Assembly (NCBI RefSeq): GCF_016433145.1
Contig: NC_058133.1
Span: forward strand, 485,857,547 to 485,921,546
Length of the DNA: 64,000 nucleotides
DNA from: Gracilinanus agilis
Taxonomy: Eukaryota
Reading direction: 5' to 3'
Every line of letters begins with the position of its first letter. The stretch's first letter is position 1. The translations under genes were made by a program, and so were the position numbers. A model generated the notes under the pieces. It was not told the origin of the DNA, did not search any database, and worked only from the letters and a program-made list of their open reading frames with translations. Positions 1 through 12,312 of this stretch are shown piece by piece.

Positions 1-405
1 ATTCTGGTACATATAAACTTGCTTAGCTAACTAAATAAAATGGAATATGGATTGTCTTTTTTTGCCTTTTTTCCCCCCAAGAAGGTAATAAGACAGTCAC
101 TATTTATGGCTTTGTTAAGAGCCCTGGATTTTACAGCTCATACTTTTTTATTCCTAAAAAAGGGGTGAAGGATAATAAAGTTGCATTATCTTTTAAAACC
201 AGTGAGAGCCCATAAATACAGGTTTTGATTTATAAGCTGTGTTTCAACAATTGCTGTCCTCCTTTGCTATTTGTTTACTTCAGAATCATAAAAACTACTT
301 GAGGACTTAACATTTTTAGAATATTGTGGCAAATCCAAGGAAGAATGTTCTACTATGATGGAAGAAGAGATCAAGAAATAGTCCATTTAGCACATGGATT
401 CAGAG

Positions 406-1750
406 CTAATTTAGCAGGTCCTCACAGATGAAAATGTCCTCAGAAGCAGTAAAATAATTTCTCACAAGATTGCTGGGCCCGTAAATCTCGCCCAGCAAGA
501 ATGTTTTTGAGAATTGAAACCTGTTGAGCTTCAGACAGCAAGATGCTGTCCCACCTTCTCTATGGGGATGTAACCCTATTGCTAAGTTTCCAGTGAATTG
601 ATACTCTCTCACATGGTAGACGTCATCCTGAAAAGGTTTCTCCCAGCTGCCAGAATGAGTCTCTAATTTGAGTGCATCAAGTGAAAATGTGTAGGAATAG
701 GACACATTAACAAATGACTGTGTAGACTCCTTATGGACTGGAGTTTGGCCGAGTTGAGTGGTCGTGTGTTCTCATTGTGCCTAGAAGGGAAGAAGGTCTC
801 TGACTTTAGACTTGACCTTCCCAATAACTTGCCTAAAAGGAGCATGGCATGTGGGCTCTATTTGAAGCCTTGAATCTTGGTAGATCCAGCTATGAAGGAT
901 TTATAGCTCTGTTTACACATAGTGTAGATTGACCCATATTTTTCTGTATAAACATTCAGCTTGACTTCTACAAAGCCAGTCTTTCACTCCCATAGCCCTA
1001 TGACAGCAGAGCTTCCCAGAGTATGACAGCTCATGGTCAAATCCTGCCACCCCAAACAGCTTATTAGCCACTGCCTGCGCATCAGGCTGGGGCTTACTCT
1101 TTTTACACTGGAACATGGGTTTAAGAGGCTTCACACACACACCAGTTTTAATAAAGGCATTTTTTAGGATGTTTAACATGGCTGATTCTACCATGATGTA
1201 CAGCACAGCCTTGTGGAATGCCTTGTACTCCTTTAAGGTCAGGGGAGGGGTGTTTTCTAAGACTTGCTAGGACCCTCTCGGTGATCATCTCCGCCCACTG
1301 TTTCATTAGCCTCCTTGATCTATCCATCAGCCTGCTCTTTCCAACTCATCATTCATTGTTCGTGATTTAGGCGTTCACCCTGGTTTGGGCTCTCAGATCC
1401 CTCTTGCTCTACTCATGTTAACATGTAGCGCTCCATTCCTCTCCCCTCCAGCTGTGAGTACTCCTCAGCCAGCAGCAAAGTCAACAGGAAAGCCTGATTT
1501 CTTCTAAATGCTGACTGCATCCCCCAAGCCTTGACTGCTCCAATGACTACTTTGAAGGCCTGGCTTCCTAGGAGTGTGGCCCTGTCAGGCCCCTGAGGTC
1601 AATGCCTGTAACTCCACTCGGGGCACTAGACTGGTGGTGAAAGCTTCAAGGCCTCAGAAGAGGCTGTGTTCAGCCTGTCCCTGGGAGAGTTCCTCCTGCG
1701 ACTCTCAGAAGATTCCTAGGACAAGTTAGATAAAGAAGCCAATCCCGCCT
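406..1750 (-). pseudogene. Decayed ORF resembling PNMA-family / Ty3-Gypsy Gag (tentative)
   Basis: ORFs 913-1206 and 406-705 share one frame, which has only 4 internal stops over ~285 codons (1260->406). Motifs FRRNQAFLLTLL, SPNQGERLN, WIDQ..LMKQW, NTPPLTLKEYKAF..VES, LKPMFQ and VAGFDH are collinear with PNMA1/2 motifs as recalled. Frameshifts and deletions are required. Confidence 0.4.
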
Positions 1751-1949
1751 CAGAGTGCTGCTCCTCATTAAGGTTGGGGCAGACAACCCTTCTCCCTCCC
1801 CCCCCCCCATGCCATTCTCTCCTGAGCATCCTTTAAAAGGCACCCATCCTGGGGAGCCTCTGTGGCCACAACTTCTCCTTCTAGCTATTGAGAAATCTTG
1901 GCTGCACAAAGCATTTCAGGATTGACCTACTAGAGCACACAGAAGGCTT

Positions 1950-2358
1950 GTATAGACTCAATTACAAAGTACTCCTTAAAGAAATAAAGAACAATTTAAA
2001 TAGCTGGAAGAATACTTAGTGCTCATAGCTAGGCCATACCAATATAATAAAATGACAATACAACAACATTAATCTACACTTTTAATTCTAAACCAGTTAA
2101 ATTCCCAAGGGAATACTTTATAGAACGTCATAAAATAACAAAAATTCATTTGGAGGGGCAGCTGGGTAGCTCAGTGGATTGAGGGCCAGGCCTAGAGACG
2201 GGAGGTCCTAGGTTCAAATCCAGCCTCAGACACTTCCCAGCGGTGTGACCCTGGGCAAGTACTTGACCCCCATTGCCTACCCTTACCACTCTTCCACCTA
2301 CAAGTCAATACACAGAAGTTAAGGGTTTAAAATTTAAAAAAATAATTCATTTGGAGAA
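1950..2358 (+). mobile_element. LINE-1 ORF2 fragment, split by a SINE insertion
   Basis: Translates to a YKVLLKEIKNNLNSWKN...KFIW-like L1 ORF2 segment, interrupted at 2155-2343. Confidence 0.7.
2155..2343 (+). mobile_element. Opossum-type tRNA-derived SINE (SINE1_Mdo-like)
   Basis: Head ggggcagctgggtagctcagtgg, B-box ggttcaaatc, A-rich tail, TSD aattcatttggag on both sides. Confidence 0.9.
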
Positions 2359-3542
2359 ATCTTGGTTGTTGCTCCTAATCTCAACCTTACCTATTTATTT
2401 AATCATGTTTCTTTTGTTCCTGTCTAAACCACTACCACCTACTTGTCTTATCTGCTTTATTAAAAATCTCTAATCATTTTGTCTTGTCCAGACCTTTGCC
2501 CTCCACATAGATCTCCTTGTCTTTGTCATTATCCTCCATCTCACCTTACCAAGGCTGGTAATAATTGAGTAAGCAGAACACCTGTGCCCTGACCCTGACT
2601 ACTTCCCCCCTCCATTCATCAGACAAGTCCCAGGGTAACCCTGGAAATTTGTGTGTCCCATTGATGTGGGATGAGCCCTTTGGTTGCCTACCATTCGGGC
2701 ACCGCCAAAAGAGAATATGACTCTAGAATGGGTCCCTCTGCTTATGAGGGCGTAACTTTAGCGGACCTTTCTGGCTGCTTCAGGCCCTTGCCCCACTTCT
2801 ATTGAGTAGGTTTCTGGGCATCTTCCCAAATAAATAGGACAGATTTCTCTGACGTAGGCCCAGTGAAACTGTGGCCAGCAGTCTTCTTAATGGAACCAAA
2901 TAATCTAGATGATCTCTAAGGTCCCCTTTAGCCTAAAGCTATAATTTTTTAAATTAGCCTCCAGTGTGCCTGTCAGGCTAAATTCCTCATGCTTAAAGTA
3001 CAGTGAAGACAGACAACAGTACCTACCCCCATCCTGGTTCTGCACGTAGGCAGTGATAACCTGCCCTTTGATCTGGTCCATCCAAGGTATCTTACACATG
3101 ATGGCCAAGGATTTCTAGTGGCAGCAAATCCAAGCAGATGGATGTTTGTACGTTAAGACATATACTCTGCAGAAGGTACAGCCAAAAGACCTCTTAGGAC
3201 CCAAATTAATTCCCTTGGGCTGTGTTCCCCAAAGATTTCATTGTTGAACTCTGTGTGCAGTATGGCAAAACTAATCTTGCACTTTAGGAGAAAAAAAATC
3301 ATACCCTTGAATAAAATCCCAATACTACCTACATCATTCATCATCTCCAACCTAACCGCCCTTCATTCCTCCTCATTGCTGAATTTTGTAGAGTAACATC
3401 TCTTGGTCCTCCACTCAGAATATCCCCTCTTCACTGTGAACTACAGATTCATTCCATGTATTTTCCAGCAAAGTAGACATACAAACCTTTGATCCAGCAT
3501 CCTCCAAGCCAATCTATAGGCATCCTTCAAGAAGATATAGAA

Positions 3543-3728
3543 CTATGTTGGTGACCTGAGGCATACATGACAGAGAGGGCTGCTCCCCTTCCCCCTCTCC
3601 AGTGCACCTGAGGACATTTTTTATATCACCCACGCCTCTACCCAGGAGCCCAATGAGAGCACTTCCTCCTCTCTCTGGGGTTAAGTTGCACTTTGAGGAC
3701 TTGGTCTCTAAAAGGTTTGCTGTCACCA
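3543..3728 (-). mobile_element. Non-autonomous hAT (Charlie-like) MITE, family A
   Basis: Homologous to copies at 7385-7545 and 46374-46592; 8-bp TSD atatagaa/atctagaa. Confidence 0.75.
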
Positions 3729-4012
3729 ATCTAGAACATCCAAGTTGATCAAAATAATGCTCTTCCAGGAAAATCCCTATAGTTGGGAAATTAAGTATGA
3801 CTGTTAATCCCATATCACTGCTCTCCCTAATAATCTCCCCAAAATGGCCCTTGCCCTGTCCCCAAGTTCATCAAACTAGTCAGCTATGAAGTACGGTTTG
3901 AATTATTTAAACTCAAGATACACCCTATAGTTCTTCAGCCTTTGCCTAACTAACTTGATGGTATGACCTTTTACCTACTACATTTGTATTCTTATCACAT
4001 ATTTGTATAGAT

Positions 4013-4215
4013 CAGTGATGGATGGGCAAACTGCGGCCAGGCCTGCAGGCCAGATGCGGCTCCCTGAAATCTATCAGGCTGAGCACATTATTCCTAATCT
4101 GACAAATACAAGGAGTAGGATACAGTACAATGAAACTTCGAAAGAGTTGCCTTGGAGACAGACTGACAGATGAGCATTTCCTTTGGCCCCTCTTTAAAAA
4201 GTTTGCCCATTGCTG
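4013..4215 (+). mobile_element. Non-autonomous hAT element (OposCharlie1/OC1-like)
   Basis: TIRs cagtgatg(gatg)ggcaaact ... agtttgcccattgctg; flanks gtatagat/gtctaggg fit the nTCTAGAn hAT target. Confidence 0.75.
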
Positions 4216-5129
4216 GTCTAGGGTATGGATGAATTTGGAATTCTGTCTATCTTGAATTCCACATTCCAGCAAAAGAAACTTGAATGCTTCATTGACCAAA
4301 GAAAGTATAGGCTAAAAAACTGGACCTAGGAGCTAGCCATCTCCCTCTACCTCCATTTAGCCCTGGATCCCGCCCCAACCATCAGAAAAAGAAATGAGTG
4401 TTAAAGCCCTTGAACAATTCCCCATTACTTGTCTAACAATACATCTCCCAGAAGGTGGCCCTGACAGACCTTAGGAGGATGTGCTCCTAGTAATCCTTCC
4501 CTTCCCCTCTGGCAGGGTTTCCTGTCTTCCCTATAAATAACAATTCCTAGAATGAAGGAGAGAAGGATGTGGTTCTAAAAGCTCTCCTCAGGAGGGTAAG
4601 ACAAGCTTCCCTCGATTGGAAAAGAGCTGCCCAAAAAGCCCTGAACCACCCAAAAAAGGAGACATTTAATAGAGAACCTCAACCAACACAGCTTGCACTC
4701 CCTGAAAACATCTCCTCTGTTGCTTCCATTAGCCTATTGTATTTTGATCCATCTCATTGACCAAACTTCAGGCATCAGGTTTTGCCTTTTACCTACAAAC
4801 ATTTTTCCACTCTTTTAGTTGATCTTTCCACTGAGTGATCTCACTGCCTTTTTCACCCTATCCCAATTGTGCTGTCCTGAGCTTGAGTGCCTGTGACATC
4901 TAGCCTTCAGATTACCTGAAAAAGCATCGTCCTCAGCCCCTTGATGGACGCCAGCTTTATCCATCCTAAAACCTTTCCACTAAACCTGCTACTCCCTCAA
5001 GCTGTTAGTCTACATTTCTTCTTTTCCTTCACTTTTTCCTTTTTTTTATTTACCATCTTGTTTCCCTTTCTTCATCTTTTTTTTTCCTCTATCCTCTGAG
5101 TTTCACTATATTCCTTGGCTCTGACCTTG

Positions 5130-5640
5130 AACTTCTCCCAATAATATATCCTCTTCCTTGGTGATATCATCCTTTCCCATGATTTCAATTATTGCGTCTT
5201 TATTGCAGTTAATTCTTAAATCTATATACTTAGATATGATCTCTCCCCTGAGTTCTTGAGTCTCATATTTATGCCTGTTAGATCTGTCTGGATTTCCAAT
5301 TTGTACCTCACACTCAACAAGTCCAAAATTAACTCATCTTATTTCCCTTAAAACCCACATCTCTTTCCAGCTTCCTTCTTTGTTGATGACCACCATTTTC
5401 CTAGTCATCCAAGTTCATTATTGGCTCTTCTTACCTAGTCAGTTTAAAATCCCATCAGTTCTGCTTCTGTCTCTCTTAGGTCTCTCTCCTCATCTCCACT
5501 CACATACTAGCACTACCTTAACATGGTCTTCTGCTTCCATTCTTTCCCTTTTGCAGGCAGTCTTCATGCAAATGCTAAAATTGTCTTGCCAATACATGGT
5601 CTGCTATGACACTTTCTTGTCTAAAACAATCTGATTGTTT
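5130..5640 (+). mobile_element. LINE-2 fragment
   Basis: L2-typical motifs such as ctcaacaagtccaaaattaactcatc and ttcccatgatttcaattat. Confidence 0.6.
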
Positions 5641-6574
5641 TAGGGGATCTGATTCCAACCTGCATTTCTGTCCTGTAAGTAATGGTTTTAGTGGGAAAAG
5701 CACGTCAGAAGACCTGGATTTCTTATATATAGTTTATGAAAGCACTGGTATAACCTCTATCAGACTATTTAGCACCTCAAGAAGAGGGCAAGGGAAGAAA
5801 ACCTGAATCCTAAAATGTCAGAAAACAATGGTCAAAAACCATTTTTACATGTAACTGAAAAAAATAAAAGAACCAAAACACCTGGATTTCAGAATCTCCT
5901 ATATTCTCACCACAGAACTAAAAGGTAGCAAATTGGTCAGCACTCTGGATTTGATATGGGTGCCATCTGCTGATTTTCCTAGAAACTAGTGAGTGAGTAG
6001 GAGGGTGTCATCTGGGAAGGCTGGTATAAAGCTGTAGTGCCAGCATTTGATATTTGAATGGCTACATGCTATGTTATCTGATGGTCATAAAATATCCCAA
6101 GAGCACTTCAAATCACAAAAAAGGAAAAAACAGTCCTATGGAACAGGATTCCTAACCCTCAGCCATTTCATATACTCCAAATTTGGAGTGTGTTGCTTCT
6201 GTCATACTGATGTATGGATCAGATAACTAGTACAGCATGTTCCTGTGCTTTTTAAAAAGATCAAATTATGAATGGCTTATACATGAGCATCATGGAAAAG
6301 CAACCAAAAAAATACTTCTTAAAATAAAGTTAACTTGGGCTTATCTGAGTGCTTTGGAATGCAGGCCACATAATATTTAGTATGTAAATTCTGTATTCCT
6401 AACTGGGGTAAGAATATTTATGTTGACTATGCTTATTCAGGAGTATTTTTTTAAAATCTGGATGTCTGAAGTTTGGGTGCAAGAAAAAAAGTACTTCTTT
6501 CCAAATAGTTTATAGTGAAGAACTATTTCCCTATTGCAGGTAACCTGCCCGTGTGAGGCAGAATTTAACCCTAG

Positions 6575-7640
6575 TCATGCATACATAAAATGTGTGTATG
6601 AAATGCCTATTCTGTACCAAGTACTGTGCGAAGCACTGAAGATACAAAAAGAGGCCAAAAGAAAAAGTCCCTGCCCTTAAGGAGCTTACCGTCTAATGGG
6701 AGAGACAAGATGCAAACAAATATATTTAAAGGAAGTTATATACTGGATAAGTAGGAAATAATTAACAGAGGGAAGGCACAAGAATTAAGTGGGGTTGTCA
6801 AAGGCTTCCAGTAAAAGAAGGGATTTTAGATGGGACTTATAGGAAGCCAGGGGAGTCAGCAGTCAAAGCAGAGGAGGGACAGTGTCCCAGGCATGGGAGT
6901 CCACCAGAGAAAATACCCAAAACCAAAAGATGGAAGGTCTTGTTTGTGGGACAGCCAGGAGGGCCGTGATCCTGGATAGGTAAGGAGAAAGGTGTAAGAA
7001 GACTGGAAAGATAGGAGAGAGCTGGATTATGAGTGGATTTGAATGCCAAACAGAGCTTTTCGTATTTGCTTCTGGAGGTAATCTGGATCCCCTGGAGTTT
7101 ATTGAGGAGAGGCGGAGGAATGTGACAGTATTGGAGGAAAATCCCTTTGGTGGTCCAACAGAGACTGCAGGGGGGTGGGAAGCGCCCTGAGACAGGCAGA
7201 TTATGTCGGTAGTCCAGGTGTGAGGTGATGAGGGCCTGTGCCAGGGAGGAGGCAGTGTCAAAGGAAGGAAGAGATGCTGCAGAGCTGAAAGCGCAGGCTT
7301 CGGCACCAGCTTGGACATGGGGGCTGGGGAAGAGCCTGGCTCTAGGCTCTTGGTCCAAGGGCCTCGGAGGAAGAGATGCTTGGACAGCCTTGGTGAACGT
7401 TTTAGAGATGGCACGGCCAAACTGCAACCCTCACGCTGCCTGGCAGGGGGAGGAAGTGCTCCCATCGGGCTGCTGGGCAGAGCATGTGTGCAGAGGGGGA
7501 GGGGAGCCGGCACGCAGGGGCATGTGCCACACCTTCACCAGCATGGGGCTAGGAAGAGGGGAGGACTAACTGGTTCAGTTCTGCTTTGCTCAGTCAGCAC
7601 TTGGGATGTCAGGGAGAAACTGGACAGGAGGGACTAGGTG
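6575..7640 (-). mobile_element. LINE-2 3' part (marsupial), interrupted by a hAT MITE
   Basis: gtccctgcccttaaggagcttac L2-tail motif followed by long L2-like purine-rich sequence. Confidence 0.7.
7385..7545 (+). mobile_element. hAT MITE family A, decayed copy
   Basis: ccaaactgcaaccctcac and gtgctcccatcgggctgctgggcagag shared with 46374-46592. Confidence 0.65.
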
Positions 7641-7733
7641 GACCCTGAGGTAGCTTTGTGTCAGATAAGCATAAGTGTGGTTCTGGAGGTTGGGGGACAA
7701 AACAGAGCATCACCAAGGAAGAGTATGTATCAA

Positions 7734-7937
7734 GGGGCAGCCATGTGGCTCAAAGGATAGAGCGCCAGGGCTAGAGAAAGGAGGTTCTGAGTTCAAATGT
7801 GGCCTCAGACATTTCTTACCTAAGTGATCCTGGGCACGTCATTTAACCCCAATTGCCCAGCCCTTACCAATCTTCTCCCTTGGTACTGGCACTTAGCATC
7901 GATTCTAAGACAAGAGGTAAGAGCTTACCAAAAAAAG
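7734..7937 (+). mobile_element. Older opossum-type SINE
   Basis: Diverged SINE head and tail; agtatgt repeated in both flanks. Confidence 0.8.
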
Positions 7938-7949
7938 TATGTCTTGAAA

Positions 7950-8110
7950 GAGCATTGCCGGAAGAGGCTGTTGGCAGTGTCTGGGCTGCAGAGATCCAGG
8001 AGGATGAGGTTTGAGACGAAGCCATTGGCTGTAGCAATAAAGAGATCATTATCATATCGACCCACTGAGCCTCCTGGCAGCCGGCTTGGCCGCGGCAGCC
8101 AGGACTGGAG
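7950..8110 (-). mobile_element. LINE-2 reverse-transcriptase fragment
   Basis: NDLFIATANGFVSNLILLDLCSPDT matches the L2 RT motif NDLLLA.SNG..S.LILLDLSAAFDT. Confidence 0.65.
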
Positions 8111-9491
8111 TTGGCTCTTCTGCCTGAGGCGATCGTTTGGGGGCATCTCACCCAAACACACCAGTGTATTCCTCTCACATCTCACCAACAGTTCATCGCA
8201 GTCATTAATGGAACATCCTGTCCTTGTGACTCGTCTCAACACCTGCACACACTCTCAACTAGCTTCTTGATTTGCATGGCAATTAAACAGCTGGGCTGAT
8301 GATATTTTAAAGAGAGAAAAAGTCCTGGTGTGTGAACGGAGCAAGGAATGTCACCGACACTTTTGTTTTCACCCTGGAAACTTCAGGTGTCTAGAAGATT
8401 TCAGTCTCTTCTTAATGGACTTGGCTCTGGTGTGTCATCTGAGTATTGTCCCTGCCTTTCCCTCTGTTGGGAAGAGTTTTTGCACATCACAGTGTCCTGG
8501 CCCAGACTAGGCTCAGGCATAGGAGCTAGTGTAGAAGAGAAGAAAGGAATGGAATGGGACACCAAGGTAGCTCCTCTTCTGGGGAGCCAGTAAGGACTAA
8601 ATTATTAGCATTTGTCTTTCTGGGGAGGATATGGCATAAATGAATTGATTCTTCTGTGTGTCTGTTTTAATCTTCATTTGAAAGCAGAGAGAGAGAAATG
8701 GTCACATAGAAGAGCTGTTCTCGGAACATTCTAGTGCATTCATCAGGGGCACATCTTTGTGTATTCTGGAGAAACTCTAGGATCTTGTAGACTAATGAGG
8801 GAGGAGGAGTAACAAATAGGAGTAAAGTGAAAAAAGAAAAATAAGCTCAGCTCTGTGACCACTATCATTTACCTCAGCATTTACTGACAGCAGCCCAAAG
8901 ATCAATAGCAAAAACATTCTTCAGCCCATTTTTACATTAAAGAAGTTGTAACTCTTAGGGAAAACTAATTTGCTGAAAATCAAACACTAGTAAATGTGGG
9001 GCTTCTACCCTGATTAGAATATGAAGCACTTTTGTATCTTATCCCCTCACTAGTAAGCCCATTGAAGGCAGGGACTGTTCAGGACTCTGCTCGAATATAT
9101 TTCCAAAGACGAGACTCATTCCTTTCTGAGAGGTGCCATTCCTTTCTTGTATGGCTCTGATCACTGGGAAGTTCCTTATATCAGAACTGAAACTTCAAAA
9201 TTTCACTGATCAAATCCATTATTTTGCAATTCACTTGTATAATTCAGCGATTTCAGAGACCCCCCATATCTCCATTTCTGATGGGCGGTGGCTCTTGGCT
9301 CGTTAGCTTTGTTTCTCTTCTTTTACAAACTAACCAATATAACAGGGGAATCACTGGCTGAAGGAACGCTGACCCTCAGCTCATCTCAAGACCAGTGACA
9401 ATCACAGAAATAGTGAGGGCCAGAACCTGCACCAGAACTAGACTAGACCTCCAGGTTTCTTGAGAGAGAAATCTTTTATGAGAATCATCTC

Positions 9492-9500
<9 letters not shown>

Positions 9501-9527
<27 letters not shown>
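9501..9527 (+). repeat. poly(A) run
   Basis: Direct reading. Confidence 0.95.
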
Positions 9528-9528
<1 letters not shown>

Positions 9529-11499
9529 CACTTTAACCTTGAATTTTCTTTAAAACTGGGTATATTTATATTATGCCAGGAGCAACTGTTTTTAGGGCAA
9601 GATCCTAAACTACAAAGATAGGCAGCCTTTATGATTGAGACTAAAGAGAGAACTTTAGCTGACATGGGAAAACCATTATGATCGTAAGTATCTCATCAGG
9701 ATTCTAGTTTATGAACTAGAGAAATGTGAAACTTTGGTTTTTAGGTTTATATGACCCCCCTTTCCTCTAACAAAATCCTCCAGGGTCTCAATGGCAGACA
9801 AAACGCCCCAGCTTCTTGAAGGCTATGCATGAGCTCACAGAGTCCCCCCAAAATTGGTCCAGCATTGAATTCAAGCCAGGCACTGTGACTGTGTGTGACT
9901 GATCATGCAGTCATAGTAGTAACTGGGACTGGTCATATCAGTGTAGCCCCTGGTTAGGCGGGGCAGTGTGTGTGATTTTTTTTCTTTTTTTAGACACAAC
10001 AGCTCTACTAAGGGGTAGATGTCTGGGATCTTCATCAGTGAAAAGAGGATCCATACAGATGAAATACTGGATCCCTGAAGTGCTGGCCTTCCTCACCTGC
10101 CACTGGAGTTTACGAAGACATCATTTCTGAGACAGTCTGTTCTTCCTTAGTCTCACAGCCCAGGAAATAAAAAAAGTTTCCCCATGGGAAATACAATATC
10201 AGTTTTATGGTAGAACTATCTCAGGATCCTGTAGGACCAACAGTATAATAAAACTGTTCTCTTTTTTTTTTTTTTTTTTAAATGATGCCTCCAATGACCA
10301 GGTCACATATACCTGTTAAAGTAAAACCACAGGAATCTCTCCAGTCTTGGTTGGAGTCTATGATTATTTAAATGTGTCTAATAGGGAAGTTCCCAAGGCC
10401 CTTGAGCTCTTCAGATTGTAAGAGGGGAGTCCTGTTGGATTGAGTGATGGAGCTCTCTCCTTCCCCATCCCCCTTTTTAGCTGTGTGGCTCTCTGCTGTC
10501 TTGGGCACTCGTGAGTTAGGTTTAAAACACTTTAGGCATCTCACAAAACGGGACCACCTGTGGCAGGAAAAAAAGGTTTAGAATGAAAGTCCCTGAAGAA
10601 GTAGGAACTGTTCAGTATTCATGGCTGTAGAAAGGAGGCAGCTTAGGAACTGGCCCGGCCTGGGACCACATGCAACTTTCAGTTTCCAGAATGTAGAAGA
10701 GAAGTCACTGATCCAAACGAGGCTTTCTCTTTAAGTACGGCTTTGACTGTGTTGTCATCTGAATTGTCACTTTGTCCACAGAACTGGTCTGAGCTGTCCG
10801 TGGGCAAGAGCCAGCCAATAGAAACCTCTGAGGAGCTTATTTTTTTTTAATGGCACATAAATCAAGTGAGATCACATTTGGCAGAAAATTTAGCACTTGG
10901 GAAGGGAGAGTCTACTGCTTCAGAGTTATGCTTTTCTATTAAATCATTAGGAAAATGGTGCCAAAAGAACTTTCTTTCCCTCCCCCTTCTTGCCCCCCAA
11001 CAAGAGTGAATTAGGAATGACTGGAGTATGGAAACCACAGTAGTGATACTCTGGGGCATTATGCTAAAAGAGATGGTTTTGGGGTCTCTAGTTTGGGGTC
11101 TTCTGTGCTCATAGGGGCATGATGCAGAGGGGCTGCCAACTGCAGGTGTGTTTAGCCTTGGGCCAGATTCTGTGGTATAAAGGTCACCTGGGACCTGTAT
11201 GAGGTCTTCTTGAAGGAGGAAGCCAAGAACCTCTGCACTGAGATTCCTAAGATGACTGCATAAGTAAAGGAAGACGGGCATTCGAGGGAAGAGGAGTTGG
11301 GCATTTTACTTAACTAGAACCTTATGGGGGCTGTGATGGCCCAAAAAGCCAAGCCAGTCTTAGAATAGATTAATAGGCTGTAGTGAATCTACTCCAACAT
11401 TGGCTTGGCTCTTTTGGCCATCATATCCCCCTATAGCTCTGTTTGCAGAGGGGAGTGGCTATAGTAGGGAAGCCCGGATGATTAGAGAATAGGGCAGGA

Positions 11500-11780
11500 T
11501 GAGGGTCTTATACTATATGAAGAGCTGTTGGCTTCACTCCCAAGAAAGCAAAACTAACTAAGATCAGTCATTGGAAGCTGTTACAAGGAAGTTGCTTTCA
11601 GTTCAAAATAAGAATTGTTTAACCATTAGAATTCTCTGATAGTAGGGAATAAGCTTCTTCATGGGGTAGAGTGAGTTCCTCATCACAAAAAGTATTTAAA
11701 CAGAAATTAAATACTTTAATCACTGTCATGAAAGGGATTTTGTACAGATGCCAAAGGTTTGGAATCGACGAATTATGAGG
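11500..11780 (+). mobile_element. CR1/L3 3' fragment
   Basis: L3-type 3' motifs, e.g. gagtgagttcctcatcac...gtatttaaacag. Confidence 0.5.
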
Positions 11781-12312
11781 TCTCTAGTTGTAAGACTGGA
11801 GATGATCCAGGAAGAAGACCTTGAGGGAATTTAGAGACAATAAGAGTTAAGAATACACTCGCAGGAATTTGTTTTGCTAGTGTGTGATATTTTCAGTGGC
11901 ATTTTTAGAAACTCTGCAGTCATATCATATACTATATTGTTCAAATGTTTGCTTGTATATGTTGTCTAATTTTTAAAACTTCTTTCCCTTCCTTAGGCAT
12001 GTTTACTTTTCTTTGCAATAGCTTTTAAAAGAACGTAGAACTCTGGGCAATATTAAAGAATTCATTTTCATTGTCCCCGGGTTTATGATGACTTGTGTTC
12101 TGGCCCCAACACTTCAATTTAAAATCCATTCCCTGAAGTGAGTAACAATTGTTTGGCTTTGAAATCTTAGTTAATGGGAAAAGGCGAACTCCTTTTCAAG
12201 TTCAGACTCTGCGTCTTTTGACCCGGGTGTTTATCCTGTCAGAAACTGATTTTACTCGGTAGATATTTAAACAATGACCTGCTTAAATACTTGACATTCT
12301 TCTCTTTCTCAG

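Noticed and set aside
406-705. Faint similarities to UCHL5, cGAS/Mab-21, retroviral env and filovirus NP
   Set aside because: Only isolated short motifs with inconsistent spacing; the PNMA/Gag reading gave more collinear matches.
6837-7637. Long ORFs (196-216 aa) on both strands
   Set aside because: Within LINE-2 plus hAT MITE sequence; no coherent host-gene signature.
7824-8270. Three overlapping open frames with elevated CpG (ORFs 7824+, 7864-, 7925-)
   Set aside because: Explained by a SINE plus a LINE-2 RT fragment (LILLDL motif); not a novel gene.
1-12312. Search for the preceding NLK exon (LDLITDLLGTP..GPHKQ)
   Set aside because: Not found by eye; it presumably lies upstream of the window.
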